Source of the DNA: Terriglobia bacterium
Lineage (GTDB): Bacteria; Acidobacteriota; Terriglobia; JAJPHL01; JAPKYU01
Assembly (NCBI GenBank): GCA_965206645.1
Contig: CBDBKE010000001.1
Location: 160,001 to 224,000 of the forward strand
Direction: 5' to 3'
DNA: 64,000 bases
The position numbers and the translations under genes were made by a program. The notes below the pieces were generated by a model, which was not told the DNA's origin, searched no databases, and was given only the letters and a program-made list of their open reading frames with translations. Positions 52,365 to 60,950 of this stretch are shown here, in pieces. The stretch's first letter is position 1, and every line of letters starts with the position of its first letter.

Positions 52365-53555
52365 ATGGCTAGGAAACTGCGGGTGGGGGTCCTGTTTGGC
52401 GGGCGGTCGGGCGAGCACGAGGTCTCGCTGCGCTCGGCGGCTTCGATCCTCGCGGCCCTGGACAAGGACAAATACGAGGTGGTCCCCATCGGCATCACCA
52501 GGGAGGGGCGCTGGCTCACTGCCGACGCCTCGCAGAAGCTGCTGGCCGGGGAGTATCAGCCGCTGCCGCGCGCCGACGCCGGCGACGCGGGCGCGGCGAT
52601 CCAGACCGAAGCAGCCGTACTTGCGCACGGGCTGCCGATGGTGCTGGCACCGGACCCGACCCAGCAGCAGGCTGGCAACCGGGCGGTGGACGTGATCTTC
52701 CCCGCACTCCACGGTACCTTCGGCGAGGACGGCACCGTGCAGGGCCTGCTGGAGCTGGCTGGACTTCCCTACGTGGGCGCGGGCGTGCTCGGCTCAGCCG
52801 CGGGCATGGACAAGGAGGTGATGAAGCGGCTGTTCCGCGACCACGGCCTCCCGGTCGTTTCCTGGCTGGTGTTTCTGCGAGGCGAAATCCTGGAGCGCCC
52901 ACGCCGCGTGATGTCGGCAGTGGAGAAAAAATTCCGCTACCCGGTGTTTGTCAAGCCGGCAAACCTGGGCTCGTCAGTCGGCATCACCAAGGCACACCAT
53001 CGAAGGGAACTGCAACGCGCCCTTGAACTAGCAGCACAATTTGACCGCAAGGTGCTGGTGGAGCGCGGGGTGGATGCCCGGGAGCTGGAATGCTCAGTGC
53101 TGGGCAACGACGCGCCCCAGGCCTCGGTGCCCGGCGAGATCATCCCGGTCAACGAATTTTACGACTATGCCGCCAAGTACTTGGACGAAGGTTCCGAGCT
53201 GGTGATCCCGGCCAGCATCTTCCCCGCCCAGGCCCGGCGGGTGAGAGAACTGGCTGTGGCTGCCTTCCGGGCGGTGGAGTGCGCCGGCATGGCGCGGGTG
53301 GATTTGTTTCTGGAACGCCGAAGTGGCAAAATCTACGTGAATGAGATTAACACGATTCCCGGCTTCACCTCGATCAGCATGTTCCCCAAGCTCTGGGAAG
53401 CCTCCGGCTTGCCGTATCCGAAGCTGATTGACCGGCTGATCCATCTGGCGCTGGAGCGGCATCAGGAAAAGCAGAGGATCCGCTACACCATTGAACTTCC
53501 AGGTAAACTTCCACGGCGGAGAAGCGAGCGTGGCAGAACCCGCAGATCACGGTGA
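52365..53555 (+). CDS. ddl: D-alanine--D-alanine ligase
   Basis: [48 protein letters not shown]. Confidence 0.96.
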   Translation: MARKLRVGVLFGGRSGEHEVSLRSAASILAALDKDKYEVVPIGITREGRWLTADASQKLLAGEYQPLPRADAGDAGAAIQTEAAVLAHGLPMVLAPDPTQQQAGNRAVDVIFPALHGTFGEDGTVQGLLELAGLPYVGAGVLGSAAGMDKEVMKRLFRDHGLPVVSWLVFLRGEILERPRRVMSAVEKKFRYPVFVKPANLGSSVGITKAHHRRELQRALELAAQFDRKVLVERGVDARELECSVLGNDAPQASVPGEIIPVNEFYDYAAKYLDEGSELVIPASIFPAQARRVRELAVAAFRAVECAGMARVDLFLERRSGKIYVNEINTIPGFTSISMFPKLWEASGLPYPKLIDRLIHLALERHQEKQRIRYTIELPGKLPRRRSERGRTRRSR

Positions 53556-53561
53556 CGTTTA

Positions 53562-53962
53562 TGTTTGATGAGGTTACCAATCCAAACGTTCTGGGCCGTG
53601 AGCGGCGGAATCGCCGGATTCTCATTGGCGCCATCCTGCTCCTGGTGGTGGTGGCGCTGCTTTATTGGCAGTTCAAGAACTACCCCCAGGAGCGCGCCGC
53701 CAAGAGGTTTCTGGCAGCGCTCGAACGCCAGGAGTACCGCGAGGCGTACGACATTTGGAAACCCGATCCCTTCTCGTACCGCTATCAGGACTTCATGCGC
53801 GACTGGGGGCCGGAGGGAGAATACGGAAAAGTCGAGCGCTTCCAGATGACCGGCTCGCGCAGCCGCGGCTCCGGCGTCATTGTCACCTTTCGCATCAACG
53901 GTAAGGAAGCCCGCATCTGGGTGGAGAAAACAGATAAGAGCCTGTCCTTCCCGCCCTTCTGA
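53562..53962 (+). CDS. Single-pass membrane hypothetical protein
   Basis: N-terminal TM helix and a soluble domain. Operonic with ddl. Confidence 0.75.
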
Positions 53963-54016
53963 GGTGCGACGAGTAATGAATTAAGAATGAAGGAATTGCT
54001 GAGTCTACCGCAACCA

Positions 54017-55096
54017 CTACTCGCGCTTCACCCTTAACTCTTCACTTATAACTGCTTCCGCCTCGGCCAGCACTCGCTGCGGGGAGATGGCTTCCATGCA
54101 GATATTGCGCTGGCAGGTTTTCATCATGGGCGTCCCGTAGCAGGGGGCGCAGAAGACACGGTGGCGCACGATGCGGATGGGAGTCATGGACGACAGCGGT
54201 CGGGTTTGTTCCAGGATGGCTGGCCCCCAAAGGACCACCAGCGGCGTGCCCACCGCGGCGGCCATGTGGGCCGCGCCGGTATCCACCGAGATGAACAGTT
54301 GGAGGCGGCGAATGACGGCTGCCAGTTGCCGCACGGTGGTGCGGCCGGCGAGTTCCACAAAGCTGCCGGCGGGAAGCTGCGCCGCGATGGCTCGGGCGTC
54401 GTCTTGGTCATCGGCCGAGCCAGTCAGCACCAAACGTACGCCCCGCTGAACCAGAAGGCGGCCGAGCTGGCTGAAGTTGTCCGTCCCCCAGCCCTTGAGT
54501 CGCTCGCCCTGATTCTTCTTTCCGCGCCGGGGTCCGTAGCCGGCGTGCAAGCCCACCATCGGCGGCCGGATTTCGCCCAGAAGCTGCTTCGCGGCGCGTT
54601 CCTCCTCGGGCGAACCCGGCAAATCCATGTCCAGTGAGCCGGCCGGGGCCTGTTGCCAGTCGGGGAAGCCGGAAGCGCGCAGGTTGTTTACGATGGCGTG
54701 CAGTTTGGGAGCGAACGGAGTTTCTCGGAAGCTTCGAATCTGCTTCACCTCGGCGCGTTCCAGAAGGCGGCGGAAGTGCGGCGCGCTTTCCAGCAGTAGG
54801 GCAAACTGGTAGCGGGCGGCGCACAACTCTCGCACCAGCCGCTGCTTCTCCCGCGACAGCCACCAGGGCAGGTGTCGGTGACGCAGTCGAAACAGCCGGG
54901 CGACGCCCGGATTGGCCTCCAGCAGGGGCGCGGCCGGCTCCCAGCCGAGAAAGTCAATGGCGGCTTGTGGATAACGTGCCCTTAACGCGCGCAGCACCGG
55001 GGTAGCCATCAATGTGTCGCCCAGCGCACCGACGCGGACTACCAGGATGCGCCCACCGGACTCCTTGCTGCCAGAGGTGACCGCCACCTGCTCCAT
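54017..55096 (-). CDS. Glycosyltransferase family 9 (heptosyltransferase-like)
   Basis: GALGDTL..TP, LAGRTT, DTGAAHMAAAVGTP..LWGP, CAPC..C..CM. Confidence 0.92.
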   Translation of the reverse strand: MEQVAVTSGSKESGGRILVVRVGALGDTLMATPVLRALRARYPQAAIDFLGWEPAAPLLEANPGVARLFRLRHRHLPWWLSREKQRLVRELCAARYQFALLLESAPHFRRLLERAEVKQIRSFRETPFAPKLHAIVNNLRASGFPDWQQAPAGSLDMDLPGSPEEERAAKQLLGEIRPPMVGLHAGYGPRRGKKNQGERLKGWGTDNFSQLGRLLVQRGVRLVLTGSADDQDDARAIAAQLPAGSFVELAGRTTVRQLAAVIRRLQLFISVDTGAAHMAAAVGTPLVVLWGPAILEQTRPLSSMTPIRIVRHRVFCAPCYGTPMMKTCQRNICMEAISPQRVLAEAEAVISEELRVKRE

Positions 55097-55450
55097 GCAG
55101 CGATTCTAGTACGTCCCGGCAACGGCTGTCAGGCAATGCTCGGCCATTGCGGGATCCGGCTTGGCAGCCGTCTGGGGTCGTGCGGCATGGAGTGCAGGAT
55201 CTTCGGGGTCCGAACAGCGATGCTTTCAAGGAATTCGGCTGTAAGAAAACCGAGTGAACCAGCCCGTTCGGCACTTGACTGCCGTGTTAGGCTGTTCTCG
55301 AGTTATCCCACAATTCGAGCACGAAGGCTGGGGGGGTATGAAGGACAGTGCAGTTTTTCCTCCTCGTAGTGCCGTTTTCACTGTGCCGACAGCCGGAATT
55401 GGTTCCGGCTTCTCCTGCCCCGAAGACTGTCGTAGCAAGGGTGACAAACA

Positions 55451-56116
55451 ATGATGAGGAACGCAAAACTATTGTGGTTCTTGATTGTGGTACTGGCGCT
55501 GGGGATCGCTGGCTGCACTGAGAAGGAAGAAGCCCCACCCGCCCCGGCGGAACCGCCACCCACGGCGAGTGAGCCTGCCACCACCGGTCCCAAAACGGTT
55601 AGCGGAACGGTGAAAGGGCGCAGCGGCAAACCCCTGGCCAAGGCCTGGGTGTGCCTGGGCCAGCTTGAGCAATCGGCGATCGAAGGGAAGGACGTGAAGC
55701 TTGCGCTGACCCAGTTCACTGCCGTGACGGATGACGATGGGCGCTTCCAGATTGAAGAGGTGCCTGCTGGCACCTACACCTTGGTCTACCAGCCGTCGCC
55801 CGCCACTGGTGCCAGGGGCGGGCGCGAGATTTCGGTCGCCAACCTCGCGGCCGGGCAACGCTCGACGATGCCGGACTTGCGCGAGCGCGAAGTCGGGACA
55901 TTCAAGCCGTTCAAGCAACGGCCTTGGAGTCGCGACTATACTCTGATGAAGGGCCACACGTTGTTCAACACGGCCAGCGGAAAAAGGTGGAAAATCTGGA
56001 ATGCGTCCGTCCGCCGGGGCCGCCGCGGGCCTTTCCTGGAGATACGCAAAAACGAAATCTGGCGACAGGACATCCAGAAGGATTCGAACGTCACCTTCGA
56101 GGCCTGGAGCTTCTGA
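55451..56116 (+). CDS. Lipoprotein with carboxypeptidase-regulatory-like domain
   Basis: Lipobox IAGC, Pro linker, VSGTV..TDDDGRFQI..PAGTY. Confidence 0.8.
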   Translation: MMRNAKLLWFLIVVLALGIAGCTEKEEAPPAPAEPPPTASEPATTGPKTVSGTVKGRSGKPLAKAWVCLGQLEQSAIEGKDVKLALTQFTAVTDDDGRFQIEEVPAGTYTLVYQPSPATGARGGREISVANLAAGQRSTMPDLREREVGTFKPFKQRPWSRDYTLMKGHTLFNTASGKRWKIWNASVRRGRRGPFLEIRKNEIWRQDIQKDSNVTFEAWSF

Positions 56117-56170
56117 ACCGCGGCGCTGCTCCGGGTTTCTGGACAGGCAAAGCCGACCCGGGGGCCGCCG

Positions 56171-56344
56171 TCAGTCTGCCTCGATCTTGGCCTCATCAAC
56201 CAACATGACCGGGATATTGTCCCGGATGGGGTAAACGCGCCGGCACTGGCCGCATTTCAGCCCCTGCTCGTCGGCGGTCAGCTTGAGAGGCGTCTTGCAG
56301 ACGGGGCAAGCCAGGATATCAAGCAGCTCTTTGCTGATGGGCAT
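56171..56344 (-). CDS. Trm112 family (YcaR-like) protein
   Basis: LLDILACPVCK...C..C...YPIRDNIPVML.DEA. Confidence 0.9.
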   Translation of the reverse strand: MPISKELLDILACPVCKTPLKLTADEQGLKCGQCRRVYPIRDNIPVMLVDEAKIEAD

Positions 56345-56493
56345 GATAGCGCTCCCCGCTCCGATACCAGGCAAATGTACAACGAAAGCAGAGAAAACAG
56401 CTACCGCTTTTCTGGGAGAACGTCGCCATCTCCCCTGTGCTATGATTTTTTATGGATTCATCTGGCACCGTTGGAAGTGAAAGGACGCTGCCG

Positions 56494-57444
56494 ATGTCTG
56501 CTGCTGCCCGCATTCTTGATGGCAATTCGATTTCTACCCAGATCAGGGAAGAGCTTGCCCTGGAGTTGAAGGAACTGGCGGCGCAAGGGGTTCGTCCCGG
56601 CCTAGCCGCGGTCCTGGTAGGGGACAGCCCCGGTTCGGTCATCTACGTTCGGAACAAGGTTAAGACCTGCCAGTCGTTGGGCATCTACAGCGAGAAGTTC
56701 ACGCCTCCGGCGACTGCAAGCACCGAGGAGCTCCTGCGCCTGGTTCAGGAACTGAATGGCCGGGAGGAAATCGACGGCATTCTAGTGCAGTTGCCTCTGC
56801 CATCCCAAGTGGATACCCGGCGGGTGCTGGAGGCGATTGATCCGGCCAAGGACGTTGACGGGTTTCATCCTATCAACGTGGGAAACCTGGTCACCCAGCG
56901 GCCGGGACTGGTGCCTTGCACCCCCGCGGGGATTATGGAAATCCTGCAGCGCAGCGGCGTCACGCTGAAGGGGGCGCGCGCGGTGGTGATTGGCCGCAGC
57001 GATTTGGTAGGCAAGCCGGTGGCGGTGCTGCTGATGCACCAGCATGCCACGGTCACCATCTGCCATTCGCGCACGCGGGACCTGCCAGGAGTGGCACGGC
57101 AGGGCGAAATCCTGGTGGCTGCGATGGGCAAGCCGGCAAGCATTAGCGGCGAATACGTTCAGCCGGGCGCCACGGTGATTGACGTGGGCATCAACAAGAT
57201 CACTGACCGGGCCGAAGTCGAGCGTCTTTTCCCCGGAAACGCGCAGCGGCTGGCCGAGCTGGATAAGAAGGGTTACACGCTGGTAGGCGATGTGCATCCT
57301 GACTCCGTGCTGCCGGTGGCCGGAGCGCTCACTCCGGTTCCGGGCGGCGTGGGCCCGCTGACTATTGCGATGTTGATGGTCAACACGGTCCGCGCAGCGT
57401 GCCTGCGGCGAGGTTTGACGGTTGGCGCCGGGGTGACCGCCTAG
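56494..57444 (+). CDS. folD: Methylene-THF dehydrogenase/cyclohydrolase
   Basis: YVRNK, GILVQLPLP, KDVDG, PCTPAG, GRS.LVGKP, PVPGGVGPLT. Confidence 0.97.
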   Translation: MSAAARILDGNSISTQIREELALELKELAAQGVRPGLAAVLVGDSPGSVIYVRNKVKTCQSLGIYSEKFTPPATASTEELLRLVQELNGREEIDGILVQLPLPSQVDTRRVLEAIDPAKDVDGFHPINVGNLVTQRPGLVPCTPAGIMEILQRSGVTLKGARAVVIGRSDLVGKPVAVLLMHQHATVTICHSRTRDLPGVARQGEILVAAMGKPASISGEYVQPGATVIDVGINKITDRAEVERLFPGNAQRLAELDKKGYTLVGDVHPDSVLPVAGALTPVPGGVGPLTIAMLMVNTVRAACLRRGLTVGAGVTA

Positions 57445-57625
57445 CAGGCCGCTGCTGCAACCTCTGAAAAGACCAGGACTGGCAACGGCTGGTAACTTGC
57501 CGCCCTAGGCTCCACAGGGCACGAGACGGGTCGCGAGACTGATTCACTGCCCGGCCATGTTCTGGAACGAATCTCGCAACTAGTAACCCACAGCCGTGGC
57601 AAGATCGCACGGCGGAGCGTTTGGT

Positions 57626-58276
57626 TTGCTAAAAGTGGGGCTCACCGGCGGGCTGGCGTGCGGCAAGAGCACGATCGCAGCGCTGCTTCAAGAAAAAGGA
57701 TGCGGGCTGATCGACGCCGACCGTTTGGGCCATGAAGCCATCGCCCCGGGCGGACCTGCTTACAGCGCTGTGGTGGCCGAGTTTGGGCGTGACATCCTGG
57801 ACGGCGAGGGGCGAGTGGACCGGGTGCGTCTGGCGGCCTGCGTCTTTGGAGATCGGCAGGGGGGAGATCGGCAGGGGGGAGACCGGCAGCGGGGAGATCC
57901 GCAACAGGTGCGGCGGCTGAACGAATTGGTTCACCCCCATATTTTGCGGCGCATCGAAGAGGAGGCGCGCAAGTTCGCCGAGCGCCATTCTGAGGGTATC
58001 CTGATAGTGGAAGCGGCGTTGCTGCTGGAAGCCTTTGCCGAGTCGCAAGTGGACAAGGTGGTGGTGGTGGGTTGTTCTGAGGAGCAGCAGATCCAACGCT
58101 TTCAGGCTAAAGGCGGCACAGCCGAGGAAGCGCGGCGGCGCATGGCCGCTCAGATGACTCGCGCCGAGCGCCTGCGGCGCGCCGATTTTGTCGTGGACAC
58201 CTCGGGCACGCTGGAACAAACTCGCCGGCAGGTGAATACCCTGTACCAACGACTGGTGCGGGAAGCGATCATATAA
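57626..58276 (+). CDS. coaE: Dephospho-CoA kinase
   Basis: VGLTGGLACGKST, DAD, LNELVHP, EAALLLE, RMAAQM. TTG start 57626. Confidence 0.93.
   Translation: MLKVGLTGGLACGKSTIAALLQEKGCGLIDADRLGHEAIAPGGPAYSAVVAEFGRDILDGEGRVDRVRLAACVFGDRQGGDRQGGDRQRGDPQQVRRLNELVHPHILRRIEEEARKFAERHSEGILIVEAALLLEAFAESQVDKVVVVGCSEEQQIQRFQAKGGTAEEARRRMAAQMTRAERLRRADFVVDTSGTLEQTRRQVNTLYQRLVREAII
57848..57907 (+). repeat. In-frame 15-bp tandem repeat (4 units) in coaE
   Basis: GGAGATCGGCAGGGG x2, GGAGACCGGCAGCGG, GGAGATCCGCAACAG = GDRQG GDRQG GDRQR GDPQQ. Confidence 0.9.
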
Positions 58277-58385
58277 GTGCATTGGAGCGGGTTCGTCCCC
58301 TGCCTGATTTGCAGACCCCCATGGCTTGCAACCGCGATCACCAACAGCCCAACGGGTTTCTGAGACCGCTTCTTGTGAGGTCGGT

Positions 58386-59552
58386 ATGAAACTGCGCCAT
58401 TTTCTGCTGGCGGCTGCGATGGTGGCCGCCTTCATTTATTTCACCACCTATCTGCCGGTCGGGCCGTTCGAGAAGGGCCGCTGGCGCGGGGCTTTGCCGT
58501 GGGAGGGGGAGACTTCTCCCGTGCCCGGGGTAACCCTGGCGCAGAGCGGCGGATTCGGCTCCGACGAGCAGAACAACATTCAGGTATACAAAGCGGCCAG
58601 CCCGGCGGTGGTCAATGTCACCACCATCACCTTGACCTACGATTTCTTCCTGAATCCTGTGCCGATGGAAGGCGGGGCAGGCAGCGGTTTCTTGATTGAG
58701 CCAGACGGCAAGATCGTCACGAATTTTCACGTCATCAGCGGGGCGCGGCGAGTGCAGGTGATGCTGGCCGACCGGAGTCGCCACCAGGCAGAGGTGCTCG
58801 GCTACGACGAGCGCAGCGACCTGGCGGTACTGCGGATTCAAGCTGGGCGGGAGTTGCCCTATCTGCGGCTGGGCGAGTCCGACAGCCTCCAGGTGGGGCA
58901 GAAGGTGCTGGCTATCGGGAACCCGTTCGGCCAGTTCCAGAATACTCTGACCACGGGAGTCATCAGCTCGCTCGGGCGCAATATCCGGGACCGCGGCAGT
59001 GGCGCGGTCCTGGAAGACGTCATTCAAACGGACGCCGCCATCAATCCCGGCAACAGTGGCGGGCCCTTGCTCAACTCGCACGGGGAAGTCGTGGGCATCA
59101 ACACGGCCATCGTCGGCCCGGCCAATATTGGCATTGGATTTGCCATTCCCGTCAACCGGATGAAGCTGATTGTGGCCGATCTGCTGCGCGAGGGACGGGT
59201 GATGCGTCCCTACCTCGGGGTAGTGCTGCTACCCTTGAGTCCTGACCTGGCTGAGCTGCTGGATTCGCCCGTGGGCGAAGGCCTCCTGGTCTTGACGGTG
59301 TCACCCAACAGCCCCGCCGAAAAGGCGGGCATCCGCGGGGGCACCAAAACCGTAGTGGTCGGAAACTTGAGGCTTCCCGCGGGAGGAGACATGATCGTGG
59401 AGATGGATGGGGAGCCCGTTGGTGCTCGTGAAGAACTCGGACGTCGGATTGAGAACAAACGGCCGGGTGACACAGTCCGGCTCCTCCTGTACCGCGGCCT
59501 GCGGCGCTTGGAGGTCACCGTCCGGCTGGAGGCCCGGCAGCCGCGGCGCTAA
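58386..59552 (+). CDS. HtrA/DegS-like serine protease with one PDZ domain
   Basis: TNFHVI, DLAVL, IQTDAAINPGNSGG, C-terminal PDZ. Confidence 0.95.
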   Translation: MKLRHFLLAAAMVAAFIYFTTYLPVGPFEKGRWRGALPWEGETSPVPGVTLAQSGGFGSDEQNNIQVYKAASPAVVNVTTITLTYDFFLNPVPMEGGAGSGFLIEPDGKIVTNFHVISGARRVQVMLADRSRHQAEVLGYDERSDLAVLRIQAGRELPYLRLGESDSLQVGQKVLAIGNPFGQFQNTLTTGVISSLGRNIRDRGSGAVLEDVIQTDAAINPGNSGGPLLNSHGEVVGINTAIVGPANIGIGFAIPVNRMKLIVADLLREGRVMRPYLGVVLLPLSPDLAELLDSPVGEGLLVLTVSPNSPAEKAGIRGGTKTVVVGNLRLPAGGDMIVEMDGEPVGAREELGRRIENKRPGDTVRLLLYRGLRRLEVTVRLEARQPRR

Positions 59553-59700
59553 CTGTTCGCATCTGCAGCAGCTTCTGCTGCTTTCCGACTCGGCCAAAAG
59601 TAAGAGGAGCCGGCAAACCATACAGTGCGTCACAGTTAGTCTCCTGAAACCTGACTCTAGGACCTGCTACAATCCATACTAAGAGGAGACGGTACCCCGA

Positions 59701-60348
59701 ATGAGGGACTCTCTGCGCTTCTTGTGCCTAGTCGTACTGTCGGCTGTCGCCCCGCTGGCGATGGCCGAGGAAGTGATCCTCCGCGACGGAAGAAAGCTGA
59801 CTGGGACCATCGCCGGCGTGGAGCGCGGCGTTTACAGGCTCGAGACAGATTTTGGGGTAGCGCTAATCAAGAAAGAATGGATCGCGCGCATCGAATTTTC
59901 TGGGACGGCAAAGAAGAAAGCGGCGGCCAAGCCGCCCGTCCGTCTGCCGCGGGCGCCCTCGCCACCCCCGCCCTCACTCATCCGCGAACGCCGCCCGCCC
60001 GGCGGTAGGGTTCAGGAGCGTACCAAGGGGACCACCTACATTAACGAGAGCTACCGCTTTCAACTGTTCAAGCCCCCCACCTGGCGCATCCTGGAACAAG
60101 CCGCCCGCAGCATTCCCAGCGCCGTGACGGTGTTGGGTACTCCGGATGAAACCACGATGCTGGTGGTCGGCAGCGTGCTGTATGAAGGCCCACCCTCTGC
60201 ATATGCCGAAATCCTGCTGGCTGCGCTGCGGCAAAGCTACTCGGAATTCGTCACCAAACCGGAGGACCGGGTTCGAGTGGCCGGGCGGCCGGACACGAGT
60301 GGCACGGCCTGGTGGTCAACCTGACCGACGGGCCGGCGCACTATGGCC
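59701..60348 (+). pseudogene. Secreted protein gene, apparently frameshifted near 60290 and truncated by a MITE-like element
   Basis: The signal-peptide ORF ends at 60324. Another frame reads GHEWHGLVVNLTDGPAHYG up to the element border at 60349. Confidence 0.5.
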
Positions 60349-60467
60349 GGCATTGTCAAGTTGACGAAAAGCTCGCCGATCGACCCCCAAGATATTGCGC
60401 TCCAGCCCGTCTCGAACCCACCATACTGAGCATCAAAAACAGCCGTCAGCCTCAACTTGACAATACC
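60349..60467. mobile_element. 119-bp MITE-like or internally deleted IS
   Basis: TIRs GGCATTGTCAAGTTGA (60349-60364) and TCAACTTGACAATACC (60452-60467), 15/16 match. No target duplication. Confidence 0.7.
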
Positions 60468-60680
60468 GTCCGTCTGCCCCTGGTTCGCCTCGAAGCTCAG
60501 CGGCAGCTTGCCGTAGTTCTCCGCAACCTGCGGCTTGTTCACTTTTACAGTCGTCGCCGGTGAGTTTGGTCTGTGGGCAAGCGTTGGGTGCGGGCCCAAC
60601 TTCACCAGGCCGATGGCCAGCAGCCCGAGCGTTAGCAGCGCCATTCCCGGTCCCACGCTACGAATCAAGGACCTACGCAT
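60468..60680 (-). pseudogene. 5' fragment of an SBBP/beta-propeller surface protein
   Basis: SD + signal peptide + YGKLPLSFEANQGQTD, typical of the N-terminus of such proteins. It stops at the MITE edge. Confidence 0.7.
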
Positions 60681-60950
60681 GGTTGTTCCCTCCTCGGAAA
60701 CAAGCGACCAAGAGTACATCCTGGGGGGGCCGCATGTCTACTTCTCCCCTGCGAAATGCTTTTGCGGTAAGGGCCAGATTCCGCTCACATCTTTGCGCGG
60801 GAAGCTGGCAAGATGCTCTCCTGCTCACCAGGAATGCCGGATAAGTCCCTACTAACGGGCTAGTGTGTACCTATGTTCTGAGGCAGGCATCTTGTCGTCG
60901 CAATTCGCCGCCATTTCCCGCAATTCGCCATGTATCGTGCACACCCACAT

